A DNA stretch of 64,000 nucleotides from Callorhinchus milii (GCF_018977255.1 NW_024704743.1:46750001-46814000); one strand, 5' to 3'; positions 24,898 to 37,320 are shown, numbered from the stretch's first letter. Translations and numbers: made by a program. The notes: generated from the letters alone by a model not told the origin.

Positions 24898-25017
24898 ACT
24901 GGTGAATCCTGGAGGTCTCACACCCGATCCTCTGGAACTTCGATATAATGCCAACGGAGATTAGCACCAAGTGGAATTGCAGAAGGTCGACCGTGATACG
25001 TCTAGGGATTCACTAGT
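24898..25017. repeat. Imperfect inverted repeat (foldback or MITE remnant)
   Basis: Left arm ACTGGTGAATCCTGGAGGTCTCAC versus reverse complement of right arm ACTAGTGAATCCCTAGACGTATCAC; the similarity continues inward. Confidence 0.6.
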
Positions 25018-26043
25018 TACAAGTTCTTTTATAACATCGCAATTTAGTCCCTAATGTGTGACAGATGCAACAGATTCTCAATATCACATTCGTCACTGTA
25101 CCATACAAGCTGTGCACGAACAGATACAAAGCAAAGACATTATTGGGAGTAAACTTAAATTTAAACAAAATTGGACAAGCCAAAAACTGAGCAAATCAAC
25201 ATTGAAAAAAATTATTTTCAGGCATATTTTCAAAACAAACTTGCACTCCAATAGCACTTTGCAAGTAGGATGAATGTCATAAAGCTCTTTATAGATGCAA
25301 TAAAATACTCCATGCAGAGAAGAGTGAAATTTTTAGAGGTTGACGAAAAGCACGTTCGAAGACATTTGCTTTTAAAAGCGTTTTGAAAGTAGGGAAGGGG
25401 CAAGGCAAAGAGATTTTGGAAGAGAATTCTAAAGGACAGGGGCATATTGGTTACAGGCTACGTAGTTATGTAGCTTTACTAGAGCTACGTAATAGATAGG
25501 ATCAAGCTCAAGATCAACATGATTAAATCCTGCCAAATATAATGTTGAAGCACAAATTTATAATCCAGTCATTTGAGAGAATATTTTCAGCCTTCTCATC
25601 TCATCGCATCTGATCAAATTGCAAGAAAGATTTGTGGTTAAGCAAATCTTTCAATTTGATTATTTTTAATATTGTCAAAACAACAAGCGCTGGGAGTGGG
25701 GACAGGGAAAGTGAGGTCTTCCCGGGACTTAACAACCTTCAAGGAAACACTCCTAGTAATGCTGAGCTGCAAGGCAGACTTGGAGGTGCATAAATACTAC
25801 TATTACTACAACTATTAATAAAATAAATAAATACCCCAATGCCTAGAGTGGTCCGAGGTGGACAGGTGCTGTGCTGTTATATATTTTAATTAAATGCTGA
25901 CATTACTGGAGATGTGATGAAAAACATTCAATCATCCATATTGCATTCCTAAAGCGTAAGTACCACCAAGGAGTTTAGCCTGTTTGATCGCACCCCATGG
26001 ATTTACATTTAGATCTCCAGAATATACAACTCCTGTCTTTTTC

Positions 26044-26118
26044 CATTCCATATCAACAGATAGGAATCACTTTGGTGATTTGTACCACCAAAGTGATTCC
26101 TATCTGGGATATGGAATG
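26044..26118. repeat. Near-perfect hairpin: 21-bp perfect stem, 11-bp outer stem, 8-nt loop
   Basis: CAGATAGGAATCACTTTGGTG (26057-26077) pairs with CACCAAAGTGATTCCTATCTG (26086-26106). Outer CATTCCATATC pairs with GATATGGAATG. Confidence 0.95.
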
Positions 26119-26289
26119 AACAAAGCTTAAACCAAAACACTCCAGAGGTCACTGTAGCAAAACTACTCTAATTTAGTTTAATTCCTTAGATGAACTGGTA
26201 AAGCAGCCAAGCTGATAAATAGATGTTAGATTTGAACCCAAAAGTGGGACAGACTTTCTACTTTCATGAAATAACAATACATCAAAAGC

Positions 26290-26720
26290 CTCCTGACTCA
26301 GTTGGTAGCACTTTTACATTGGAGTTAAATGTTTGTGAGTTCAAGCCCAACATCAGATCTTGGAACTCATATTGTTTAGGCTGATACTCCAATGCAGCGC
26401 TGGGGGCATGAGGTATTGTTGGAGATGCCGTCCTTCAGGTGGACATTAAAATTCTCCCAATGTTCTGGCCAACAACCATCTAAATAAAATTGGTCATTTC
26501 AACAACAACAACAAAATTACATTTATAGAGCGCTTTTCACGTCGGGAGGACGTCCCAAAGCGCATTCATTCCATGGCTGCTTGTGGGACATTACTGTGTA
26601 CAAATTGGCCTGCCAGGTTTCATCAACAAAATATAGTCACCCACTTAATATATCCTGCAAAGTGCTTTGAGATGAATTGATGACATGATAATGTGCTATA
26701 TCAAATACAAAGCCTATTAT
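26290..26720 (+). mobile_element. Older Deu-domain SINE, with an L2-type tail fragment inserted in reverse at about 26500-26563
   Basis: Head GACTCAGTTGGTAGCAC...GAGTTCAAGCCC, body GGCTGATACTCCAATGCAG...GGAGATGCCGTCCTTCAGGTGGACATTAAA, then TGCTTGTGGGACATTACTGTG. Confidence 0.7.
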
Positions 26721-28291
26721 CAAAAAACTATTTTCAAAGATCAAGAGTATAAACTTTCTTACACTCCAATACAGGGTGACTGACTCTGAATATAGAGAAT
26801 TACTGAATTAAAATCTCATAGTTTTTATATGACTGTATTCTTTAACATTTTCCTGGCTATCAAAGTGGTGCAATGTGGTTGGAGTTATTAATTTTTGAAG
26901 CTACGCGAGTTTGCTGAAATTTTGAAGGAACATGACGAAGCTTTCCAAACTTGAGTTCTACGGACTATTTACAGATCGACTACATAAAGCACCAAGAAAT
27001 CTCCTACTTATAATTATCGATGGAAAGTCCTAATAAAACATGCCAACTATTTTAGCAGAGAACCTGTTACCTTTACATCAGGATCTCCAACACACTGTAA
27101 ATAAAACTGACTAGTCTGAAGTCTTTGTAGCACAACTCATTTTAAACAGGGAAAGTCTTTACCACAGTAAACAAAAATTGCTAAAACAATGGAACACAAT
27201 AACACAATTGTGTCAAAAGAAAACTTGTCAAAAAACAAAAGCTTCAATGCGTTGTTTGCTCATGACATCGCTTCTATTAAATGAGGGACAGTTCTTCATT
27301 TGTCTTTCCTCTGTAACACATCAAGCTAAACAATAGTGGGGAGGCTGGTACAAAAAGGCTGCTGACACTGGATGGAGTACAGAAGTGGAATGACTTATAT
27401 TTAGTTTGGTGACCATAGAAATTACAGGTTCTACTGATGCAAACTACTATATTGAGCTGCATGTTCTAATCCCAATTCCCTGCTCTTTCGCCATACCCTT
27501 CTTTATTGTTCTTCTTCAAATGCTTATCAATTCCCTTTGAAATGTCGTTATGGTCTTAGATTCAATATCCACTTTTGGCAAAGCATTCACTATTCTAATA
27601 ACTCTAGTATAAAAGATATTCTTCTAACTTCACCCATGATAAAGCTATCAAAGTGCTGCATTAATGTTATATTTATGACAGATAATGGAAGCCAAAATGA
27701 ACACAATGCAATTCCTATTTAACATTCCAAGAAACATTAATCAAAAGAGATTACTTAAATAAACCCTAGTTTTCCGAAGGTTTCCAACAGTGGGAGGCAA
27801 AATCCAGTGATGAAGACATTGCTTCATGGCATGGTATGGAAAACATTAGGAAAGATGGGGCAATCGGGCTAACTTCAGCAGCAATTGGTTATCTCCACCT
27901 GCTGGCAAATTTGCCTTGCAATAACAGTGTGGCTTTGTCATCAGGATATCAGAAGACTGAATGGACAGAGCTGCTTTTGAAAGCTATTTTACATTTCACA
28001 GTATAGATTAAAATATAGACAATACCTTCTTTCACAAATCACACAAATCATGATCAGGAGCCTTAAATGGTCTTCAAGACCATTGTCATAAAATATAAGA
28101 TTTGTAAAGAATTTTAGAAAATATTTAAGGAATGAGACATCTCTGTTTTGCGTGTGCACAATTCGCCTGCAAAATACACAGCCTATTCATTTTGCAGTAT
28201 ATTCTTTGCAATGAATCACGTGAAGAAAAATTACAGCCACAAATCTGCATCACATCTAAGCCCTGGAGAACCAACATTTGATATAGTGCCT

Positions 28292-28596
28292 ATAATAATA
28301 ATAATCCTTGCATTTGATATAGCGCTATTCACGTCTTCTAGACGTCTCAAAGCGCTTCACAGTATAGACTGGAAAGTGAATTGACTGTATATTTGTGGGC
28401 GAAATGCGGCAGCCACACAGTAGTGTCCCACAAACAGTCGTGGATTGAAGTGACCAACTTACTATTGTTTTTTCTTGAGGGATTATTATCAGGCATTTGG
28501 AGTAAAGAAACTTGCCCAGGTTTTCGCCCTGCCGGGATCGAACCCAGGTCCTTCACTTGCAAGGCGAGTGCTCTAACCACTGAGCTACAGGACTCC
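28292..28596 (-). mobile_element. SINE short form, full length
   Basis: Reverse complement closely matches 421-734. Confidence 0.9.
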
Positions 28597-31454
28597 ACAA
28601 TACCAAAGCGTCTGAAAGAACTTCACAGGCAAATGTTATCAAGTGATTGTGCGTTTGTAAGCAAACACAGCAGCCAATTTGCACACAGGATCCCACAAAC
28701 AGCCATGAAGCCAATAACCAATTTATCTCAGGAAAGTCCCTTTTCTCTTCGAATAGTGCCATGGGATCTCTACCATTCATTTGAATGGACAGACAGGGCC
28801 TCGATTTAATAACTCATCTGGAGGATGGCATTTCTAACAATAATACTGCATTAGAGGGTCAGCTAAGACTGTGTACTCACAGTCCTGGTGTAGACTGAAG
28901 TTACTAAATGTGAACATTTATAGATTGAAATGCATCCTAAGATATTGAATACTTGCATTAGATTTTCTATTGAGTAGTTACTTCCTAACAAATTAACTCA
29001 GAAAGTCCCTCTACTGCACAAAACAACTCCACATTTCAACACAGGTTGAGTTTCATCATAGAGTTATGATTGTCAAGGAAACCAAAAAGTATTAAGTTTA
29101 CCCAATTCTTAGATGACAGGCCCAATTAACTTAATCTTGCACTTGTTTTAATTTCTGAATGCAATGATTCACTTCCAAGAAACATTCACTACACATTTTG
29201 TACATTTCCAACAGTAAGCAAACCTTTTCTTTACATAGTCATGATGACCCCCCCCCCCACCAAGGTCCGGTAGTGTTTTGCAGGTCGCTTTGCGAGTACC
29301 TATTTCAAGGCAATATTTTTATATTATGCCCCTTCCAGCTCATTGCAGTTATGCAATAAGATTTATTACAAAGATGGCATCAAGCAAGGTTTGGAAAAAA
29401 ACATTAGTGTTACTTCATGGTGTATTATATTTCATCAGTCCAATTTAAACACTCAGCTTGTCAGGAATAAAAAAAACTTATTGCCTTCAGTCTGTCAGTA
29501 ATAATAAATTCTAGTCTTTTGGAAAAACAACTCTCCTCAAACTATGCACATCTGTTACACTTGCATAGTTTACAAAAGAGTGTCTTTGGAAGTTAACCAC
29601 CACTTGAAAAGCCCTGGACAGAGTGACACCTGAATTCAGCCCCACAAAATCTATCAAGTATTGTTGTACCAACATAAATATAAGCTTTGTAATAATTCTT
29701 TTAGTCCTTACTCGTCTACTGTAGTTTGTTATTTTGTCATGTAATGATGATGGATTTTCCTTCCACATCCATTAAAGAAACATCCATTTTAATTTTATCT
29801 TTTTCTCCAGCTCATATTCCTACTTAATGCTCCCTGTCAGACCTGTCATTTAGAAGACCTGGCTCTCTACATGTTATTTTTGGTCTTACTTTGTTTTATT
29901 ACAATAAAATGTTTAAGTTACTAATCAAATCTAGTTAACTACAACATACAGTATTAATCAGTATAACATCAGCCCACTTAAATTCTATTTAGATGCAATT
30001 ATTTATTTACTCGGAAAATGGTCCATACGGTACCGTATTTCACTTTTGCCATGTTGTTTTCATTTACTGAATAACTACTATGATATACTTGTTCTTACTT
30101 TGTGGTTATCAACAGGATATTATCATCATAGGAAGTTTCTTTAATTAGGCCTTTATTCAAGGAAACAAGGTTACAATGTCACCAGTATTTAAACCGCTGC
30201 CTGGTTTTATATCAACAAGAACATTATATTGCACTAAATAAATACAAAACTTAAATCTATGTTTATTTGATCAATTATGTGATCAAACCAAGGTCCAGTC
30301 TACCTGTTCAGGTGCATATTCAAGATCCCAATGCACTATTCAAAAAAAGAAGGGAGTTTCTCCCAGTGTCCTGGCCAATAATCACCCAAATAAAAAGAAC
30401 TGGTCATTCCCTCCATGTCTGTTTGTGAGCTGTTGCTGTGGACAAATTGGCTGCCGCGTTCGACCACAAAAAACCACAGTCGCTCCACTTTACAATATAT
30501 GTTGTGAAACCCTTTGGAAGTCCTCTTATGTGAAAGGTGCTATATCAAATGTAACGATTATTATAATAATTTCTCAATTGATAGGTATACTGCATTTAGA
30601 TCTTAACTGTAACAAATATTGGATCAGTTCATCCACAAAATAAACAGTCACAAAACGTTATAGTAAATCATTGGTAGGGCTTTGAGCTATGGAGTCCTAT
30701 AACTTAGTGGTTAGAGCACTCGCCTCGCAAGCGAGAGGACCTGTGTTTGTTTCCTTATTCCACAGGCTCCATTTCATTTTAAAGCAAAAGTATGAAAGAT
30801 ACATCAACTTCTCAAAGCTTGCAATCATGTATAACTAAAAATGGAAACAACTCCACAACAATGTCTTCATGCATTTAAAAGTATACCACAGCTCATTCAA
30901 ACAAAAACCTTTCCCTGACTAAGCTATTGTTTCTCTATTCTATTACAATCCATTTACTCCTTTGTTTGTTCAATAATTTCAAGATTTAATAAAGGTGCAG
31001 AACATTTTTCATAACAATCACAATATTCTGTAAAAAATATATTCTGCTACAGAACCTGATAATAATAATCCTTGCATTTATTGTGGCGCCTTATCACATC
31101 GTCGAGACATCTCAAAGCGCTTCACAAAATATACTGTAAGTGCCCTACAAACAGCCGTGGACTCATTTTATTACAAAAGGTGCCATGCGTTTAACATCCA
31201 CCTGAACTGGCAGACAGGACCTCGATTTCACATCTCTTCTTAAGGATGTCACCTCAGACAATCCCACATTGCATTGGAGTGTCATCTTAGACCATGTGAT
31301 TCCAAGTCCTTGAAAGAACTGCCTCCTGACTCAGAGGTGAAAATGCTCAGACTGAGTCAGGCTGATAGGAGTGAAGCACTCCACTGTTGCTGTTCCAGGC
31401 TCATAAAACATTCCAAACCAAGTTAGTATTAGGTTAGCAGCATTTATACTTCAC

Positions 31455-31571
31455 CTTGTATTTCACATACTGCCATCTTAATGCTGCCTTTGCAGCCCTT
31501 CCATGTATCCTCCTCGGTGTCATAATAGGACAGAATTTCACCATTGAGAACAAACCAACGTGGCTGCCATC
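31455..31571 (-). CDS. PLEKHA8: PLEKHA8 coding exon 2 (PH domain)
   Basis: cag|GA (G)[45 protein letters not shown]; 117 nt; missed by the ORF track. Confidence 0.97.
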
Positions 31572-31679
31572 CTGTGCACATAAAATAACAATTTCACATT
31601 AAGACACAGAGAGTAACATAACTATAAAGTATCATAAGTATTCGCTCACTGAAAAGGTATTTCCATAGATTCATTCTCA

Positions 31680-31945
31680 ATTTACTCCCCTTCAATCACA
31701 GGCCCTACCCTCTGGTTTTACACTTCTGGACTGGTTGAAACTGACTGTCATGATCTATATTGTTTAGCCCCTTTAGAATCTTAAAGACAGCAATCAAATG
31801 GCCTCTCAATCTTCTCTTTTCCAGTGTGAACAAGTCCAATTTACTTAATCTCTCCTCATAGTCCAGTCCCTTCATTCCCTCAATCATTCTGGTGGCCCTT
31901 CTCTGTATCCTCTCGATTTCTCCCATATGCTTTTGTACTGCGGCA
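31680..31945 (-). mobile_element. CR1 LINE ORF2 fragment
   Basis: IERIQRRATRMIEGMKGLDYEERLSKLDLFTLEKRRLRGHLIAVFKIL. Confidence 0.9.
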
Positions 31946-31974
31946 TCCTTTCTTGCATTTTATCCTTTTTTTTT

Positions 31975-32775
31975 GATATAGCGCCTTATCACATCTTCGA
32001 TTCGTCTGGACAGTCCAGGGTTTGCACCAGAGCTTGGGCTAGGACTGAGGAGGCCGAGGGGAAGACAAATGGCTAAAAGTGAGGACAAACAAGAAGGTCA
32101 TGAAGCAGACCTTGAAGAAGGGTTATGGGAAGGGGAGAATTGAAAGGACTCCGGGATGGAGTTCCAGAGAGAGGGAGCAGAAAGGCTAAAATCCCAACAG
32201 CCAATGGTGGAGTGGATGGGCAGAGGACATGAACAGTGCCCGTTGAACGGAGGGAGTAGCTGAGTTGATAAGGTTTGAGGAGGTCTGAGGCAAGATGGGG
32301 CAGGACTATGGATAGAACGAGGATGTTGAATTCAATCCGCTGAAGGATGGGGAGTCAGTGGAGCAGGGAAAGGATAGCGACAATAAGGTTGAGGAGTCTA
32401 ATGCAGAACAGGACACGGGTTGCAGAGTTCTGGATAATCTGCACGGAGGTGAGTCCATAAAGCAAGAGAATTGGCATAATCTAATGTGATATATTAGGAT
32501 TCTCAGTGGTTTGAGGGGAGAGATAGTGGCGTAGGCAGGCAATGTTACAGAGATGAGGGAAAAGCTGAGCAGGTCAGAGCATGAATTACTTGTCAATGTT
32601 TAATTGAAGAAAGTTAGCTCTCATCCAGGACTTGATGTCTGACAGGCAATTGGTCAGAACAGCAGAGGTCCTGGAATCAAGGGTGGAGGCAAAGAGATAG
32701 AGTTGGATATTATCCGCATATATGTGCAAAATTAATCCCATGTCTGCAGATGACATTGCCGAGTGGGAACACGTA
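31975..32775 (-). mobile_element. L2-clade LINE fragment (RT core to 3' end, internally deleted)
   Basis: The minus strand near 32710-32745 reads HGINFAHIYADNIQLY-like (YADD region). L2 C-terminal motifs and tail lie towards 31975. Confidence 0.75.
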
Positions 32776-34298
32776 ACAGCCTTTGATTAAAAAACAATGC
32801 AATGACTGTACCCCATTTATTTTTTATCTTGTGGACCTAAAGACTTGCTATAAAATTAACCATTGCACTCAACAGGAATTACCTGCAAAACTACAATCGA
32901 TATTTTGACATGAATAAGTGTTATAAAAATGCCAGATAAGTTCTGTCTTTCTAACTGTAGCAGTGATGGAAGTTGCAGCCTGGTTTTACTGTTGGATTGA
33001 ACTATCGGTCTGGAGTCACGATACACCAGGGAGGATGCCAGATAATAATGGAACCATTAGAAACAAAGAAATAATCAGAACAGAATACATTACATCAAAT
33101 TTATTTAAAATTCTGCATATTTCAGTGGGAAACAACCATACATTTCAAATGTATTAAAACGCATATATTTAATACATTTCAAATGGATTCAAAAGCAAAT
33201 CTGACCTTTTGGTTACATCAATAGATAGGATTTTTTTTTAAATGTCCAGAACTATGTGTGAAGAACAAACGTACAAAGTCATTCATATTGGGAGGAGTAG
33301 AGAAGAAGCCATGAGGGGCACAATACCAGTACTGGGAAAATTGCTATAAAATGATTATAATCATTATCATCAGTGGGAAAATTGTGCAGCAAGAACTTCT
33401 CACTTTTTCTCTCCTCTCCATTAAGCATTCCAGTTACTTTTTTAAATCGTTTTCAACACAGGAATCTGACATCGCAGATACTATTAGCGTAAATGACATC
33501 CCACATAGATCTGGAAAGCGACAGATAATGACATGTACCGTGAGCAGCGATGGTGTGCAGACAGACAGACAGACAGACAGCCCTCACACCACACAACACA
33601 ACACACAAGGTCAAGCTCCTTAACCTACCCCCCGCCATGTATTCCTGGGTATCGTTTAACTCGGTATAATTTTAATGTCAAACGAGTGCCAACTGGAGCA
33701 GCACTGCCCTGACAACAACAACAACAACAACAACGACGGCAGCTTCACAGCCCCACATGACCCAGATACCAATACAGATAACGCTGCTGCTTCCCCTCAG
33801 GCGGATGCAGTGCATCTTAGAGGCGAAACTTTGTTGTATTTCATCCTATTTGTGACACAGTGTCTTTTTTAAAAAAAACGACACAAAAGGCCTCTTTTTT
33901 TTCCCTCCTCCCCCCCCCCCCCAAAAAAAATAAAAAAAGCAAATGAATGAATGGATTAATGTCAGTACTTCCTGCGGGAGCTTTTGCAGACGTCAACGTC
34001 GAGGGCAAACCCTCCCCTGAAGCACTAACTAAAACAGGCCTCTCAACTGCAACTCTCTCTCGGACTCACTCACTCACTCACTCACTCACGAGCACAGCTC
34101 TTGGCGTCCGTACGCCACACAATTGTTTTTTTTTCTTTTTTAAAAAAAATTGTCACTTCTTTTTTGTTCGGGGCTTTTTTTTTAATATATTAAAGAAAAG
34201 AGAAGCCAAACGGCTCACACCCGCCCGCGGCCCCAAACACACACAGTCTCACACACACACACACACACACAGTATTTTTACTCGCGAAAAGCCTTTAC

Positions 34299-34338
34299 CG
34301 CTCAGATAATTGGTCCACTTAGAGAGCATTCCTTCCAT
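34299..34338 (-). CDS. PLEKHA8: PLEKHA8 coding exon 1
   Basis: ATG at 34338; MEGMLSKWTNYLS G|GTAAAG; 40 nt. All 14 exons sum to 1590 nt (529 aa plus stop). Confidence 0.96.
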
Positions 34339-34983
34339 GATAACTCCGCGGACTCCCCGCCGGCCATTGAGTCCCTGGACGCCCCCACCCCACCAGCGCC
34401 CCCCCCGCCCGCCCAGCGCCGCCCTGCACCGCCTGCACCAATCACACGGCCCTCTCCCGGCAGCCCAGGCCCGCCCTAAGGCGGGCTCAAGAGCTGACTG
34501 ACAGCCAATCGCCACGGCCGCCCCGTGACTGACGGCCCGGCCCGGCCAATCGGCGCCGGCGGGGTTGCGGTCCCGCTTGACGGGCGCGCGAGCTCCCGGG
34601 AAACGTTCCATCGGCGTCCGCTCGACTTGGGCAATCAGCCGAGCAATCAGCGCGAGGGGGGCGGGGCGTGGGGGGGCGGGGCGTGGGAGGGGGGGGCGGG
34701 GCGGGGCGCCGAGGCTTTGTGACGTCTCGAAAGGGGAAGGGGAGGGGTCGGGAATGTGATGTGTGATTGGCAGCCACGGGACCCGGCCCATTGTGACGTG
34801 GCCAATGAGCAGGGCGCGCGGCGGGTGAAGCCGTGACAGAGACCCCCAGAGGGAGAGGGAGGGACTGGCGTTCGGTGCCACGTTTGCTCCCATGTCTGAG
34901 GGCAGCGGCTGCGGGGAAGTGCAGCGGCTGCTCAGGGAGGGAAGACTTGCCGGGGGCTTACCCGGGGGGGCAGTCCTGCCGCC
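34339..34983. promoter_or_regulatory. CpG-island bidirectional promoter and 5' UTRs of PLEKHA8 and FKBP14
   Basis: GC- and CpG-rich. CCAAT boxes at 34438, 34505, 34546 and 34802, ATTGG at 34766. Several GGGGCGGGG boxes at 34655-34706. TGACGTC at 34720, TGACGTGGC at 34794, TGCCACGT at 34876. Confidence 0.9.
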
Positions 34984-35198
34984 ATGCCGCTCGTGCGTCC
35001 TCCACAGGCCCGCCGGGCGCTCGCTTTCGCCCTGCTGCTGGCGGCCTGCGTCAGCGGGGCTCTGATACCAGAGCCAGAGGTGAAGGTCGAGGTGCTGTCC
35101 AAGCCTTTCATCTGTCAAAGGAAGACCAAGCTCGGCGACATGTTGCTGATGCATTACTCCGGCTTCTTGGATAAGGACGGCACCATGTTTCACTCAAG
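34984..35198 (+). CDS. FKBP14: FKBP14 (ER peptidyl-prolyl isomerase) exon 1, with signal peptide
   Basis: Kozak context GCCGCCATG; ...ALAFALLLAACVSG-ALIPEPEVKVEVLSKPFICQRKTK...FHS AG|GTAAGG; 215 nt. Confidence 0.96.
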
Positions 35199-35797
35199 GT
35201 AAGGAGTGGCTGTGGAGGACCGCGAGGCACTCGCCTTGGAAAGCAAACGTTGCAGTGCAGCTTTGAGATTGTTCAGGATAGGGTTTGGGTTACACTGACC
35301 CCGATTCACTGACACCGACGCTGCTCTCCACTGGTGAGGCAATTAAAGATGAGCAGATGGTTAAAAACTCCAGAAAAAGCTGCAGACCCACGAAGTCAAA
35401 TATTTTTTTAATGTGCTTATTGATGTAACATCAATGGGAGATGGTTTGAATGAATTTGCATTGCAACTAATAGGGAAGAAAGTTTTAGAACCAAAGCCAT
35501 GCAGTGATTCACTCACTCCCTCCTCCTGACCTGGGATTTGACAAGTTAGTGTCAAACATCCACAAATTAAGGCTTACTAAAGGCTCTTTAGTCCATCAAA
35601 ATATAATTTGGTAGAGAGCTGGTGAGTTTTTGCTGGGTTGGTCCCTTGCGGTGAAGTAGTCGGTTTAAATGAAATACCAAAACAATTCTAAAAATAATAG
35701 GAGTACTTTGATGAAAATTAATGTTGCCTTTCCAAATCTGTGAACATTATTTTTAATGTAGAATATTTTTAACATTTATTTCACTACACTTGAAAAC

Positions 35798-36102
35798 GGA
35801 GTCCTGTAGCTCAGTGGTTGGAGCACTCGCTTTGCAAGTGAGAGACCTGAGTTCAATTCCAGGCAGAGGGCGAAACCTTGGGCAAGTTTCCTTACTCCAC
35901 ACACCTAATAATAATCCCTCCAAAAACAATAATAAATTGGTCATTTTCAATCTACGACTGTTTGTGGGACATTGCTGTGCGCAATTGGCTGCCGCGTTCG
36001 CCCACAAATATAGTCAATTCACTTTACAGTGTGTTCTGTGAAGCGCTTTGGGACGTCCTCCCGACGTGAAAAGCGCTATATCAAATGCAAGGATTATTAT
36101 TA
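35798..36102 (+). mobile_element. SINE short form, full length, young
   Basis: Differs from 421-734 at only a few positions. Confidence 0.92.
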
Positions 36103-36264
36103 ATGATCCCTAAAAATGTAAAAAGACGATCCAAGAGCCATTATATATGAGTTTCTGTAATAGTCAATTAGATTATATTCCCAATTAAGGTCCTAGATTT
36201 AAGTAACTAAATAATTTGTTTATTGCGATAAACTTGTTTATTTAATTGTCTAAACTCCTTGATG

Positions 36265-36897
36265 GGACGGTGTTGTGAACTCGCTTCAAGGTGATGTACA
36301 TAGCAATGGAATGTCGGAATTGAGTCAAAACTCCACGGTAGTCTCGGTAGTCCGATTCCTGAGTCCGGAGGGTCTGCAGTACTCCAGGGCACTGATAATG
36401 ACAGACCAGATAGCCTGACTCATCAAATGGAGGGGCAAACTAGCCATCAGAACAGGGATTCTTTCCACTTGTTTCCATATAAACATGCAAGCTCCCGGGC
36501 ATGTCAAAAGTCCTAAGGGGTAGGGTGGTCCTAGCTGGACAAGAGTCTTTAGGGATAAGATAGACCTAAGAGTGGTTCTAGCTGAACAAGAACCGGGTTG
36601 CTTTCCAGACAATGCTGTCAATGGAAAGCTATGCAGGTTATTTAGATGGTACAACTTAAGTCGTACTCCAATGCACACTCTAGGGTTCTCTAGCCTTGGT
36701 TCTTGCCCAGCTGTGCATGCTTCTCTCCAATGACCAGGTTTTATTCCTCCAGGGAGAAAGTACACAATCAAAGTATACTTCCCAGACACAGGGAAATGTC
36801 CATGTGTAGGTAGAGCTTGTGTAGAACTCTCAAATCGGTTTGGATACTCTTAAGCATTGTGATAGATTTCCAAATGTGTCAGAGACACTCAGCTGGA
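36265..36897 (+). repeat. Unclassified ~600-bp interspersed repeat, copy 1
   Basis: Shares colinear blocks (CAATGGAATGTCGGAATTGAG, TCCTGAG..CAGTACTCCAGGGCACTG, GGTTTGGATACTCTTAAGCAT) with the copies at 40360, 48211, 51160, 52120 and 61941. Confidence 0.8.
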
Positions 36898-37019
36898 ACA
36901 AACAAAAATATAGCTTTTGTGCATGATTTTAATTTTATATTTTAGAAAGCTACTGTTGCCCAAGTGTTAGCACGTGATTTTTTAGCTTGCCAATAATTCC
37001 AGTCTGTCTGGGTCAAATC

Positions 37020-37320
37020 CCTTACCAGTACCTCAACCATGAGCCACCTTCACAGCTTGTTGGGACTCCCATATTAATCGCAATGTGGATCATCCTGGCT
37101 ATGTGACACTAAGCAGAGCGTCTCTGCCCTAACCACCTGGAACTCTATCCTACACTACCTCCGCCTCGCCCCCTTGTCTCAAGACCCTCCTCTTTGACCG
37201 TGCCTTCGGTCATCGTCCTACCCATACCCTCTCCGCCCACCACCCCTCCTGATCCCAACCACCAGCTCAAGTGCGGATCCATTTCTGTCCAGCGCCTTGG
37301 GACGTCCTCCTGACGTGAAT
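37020..37320 (+). mobile_element. L2 LINE 3' end
   Basis: Ends GTCCAGCGCCTTGGGACGTCCTCCTGACGTGAA, like 20669-20702. Confidence 0.75.

Noticed and set aside
34249..35193. Longest ORF in the track (314 aa, minus strand)
   Set aside because: It is a stop-poor shadow of the GC-rich promoter and the antisense of FKBP14 exon 1. Only its MEGMLSKWTNYLSG part is real (PLEKHA8 exon 1).
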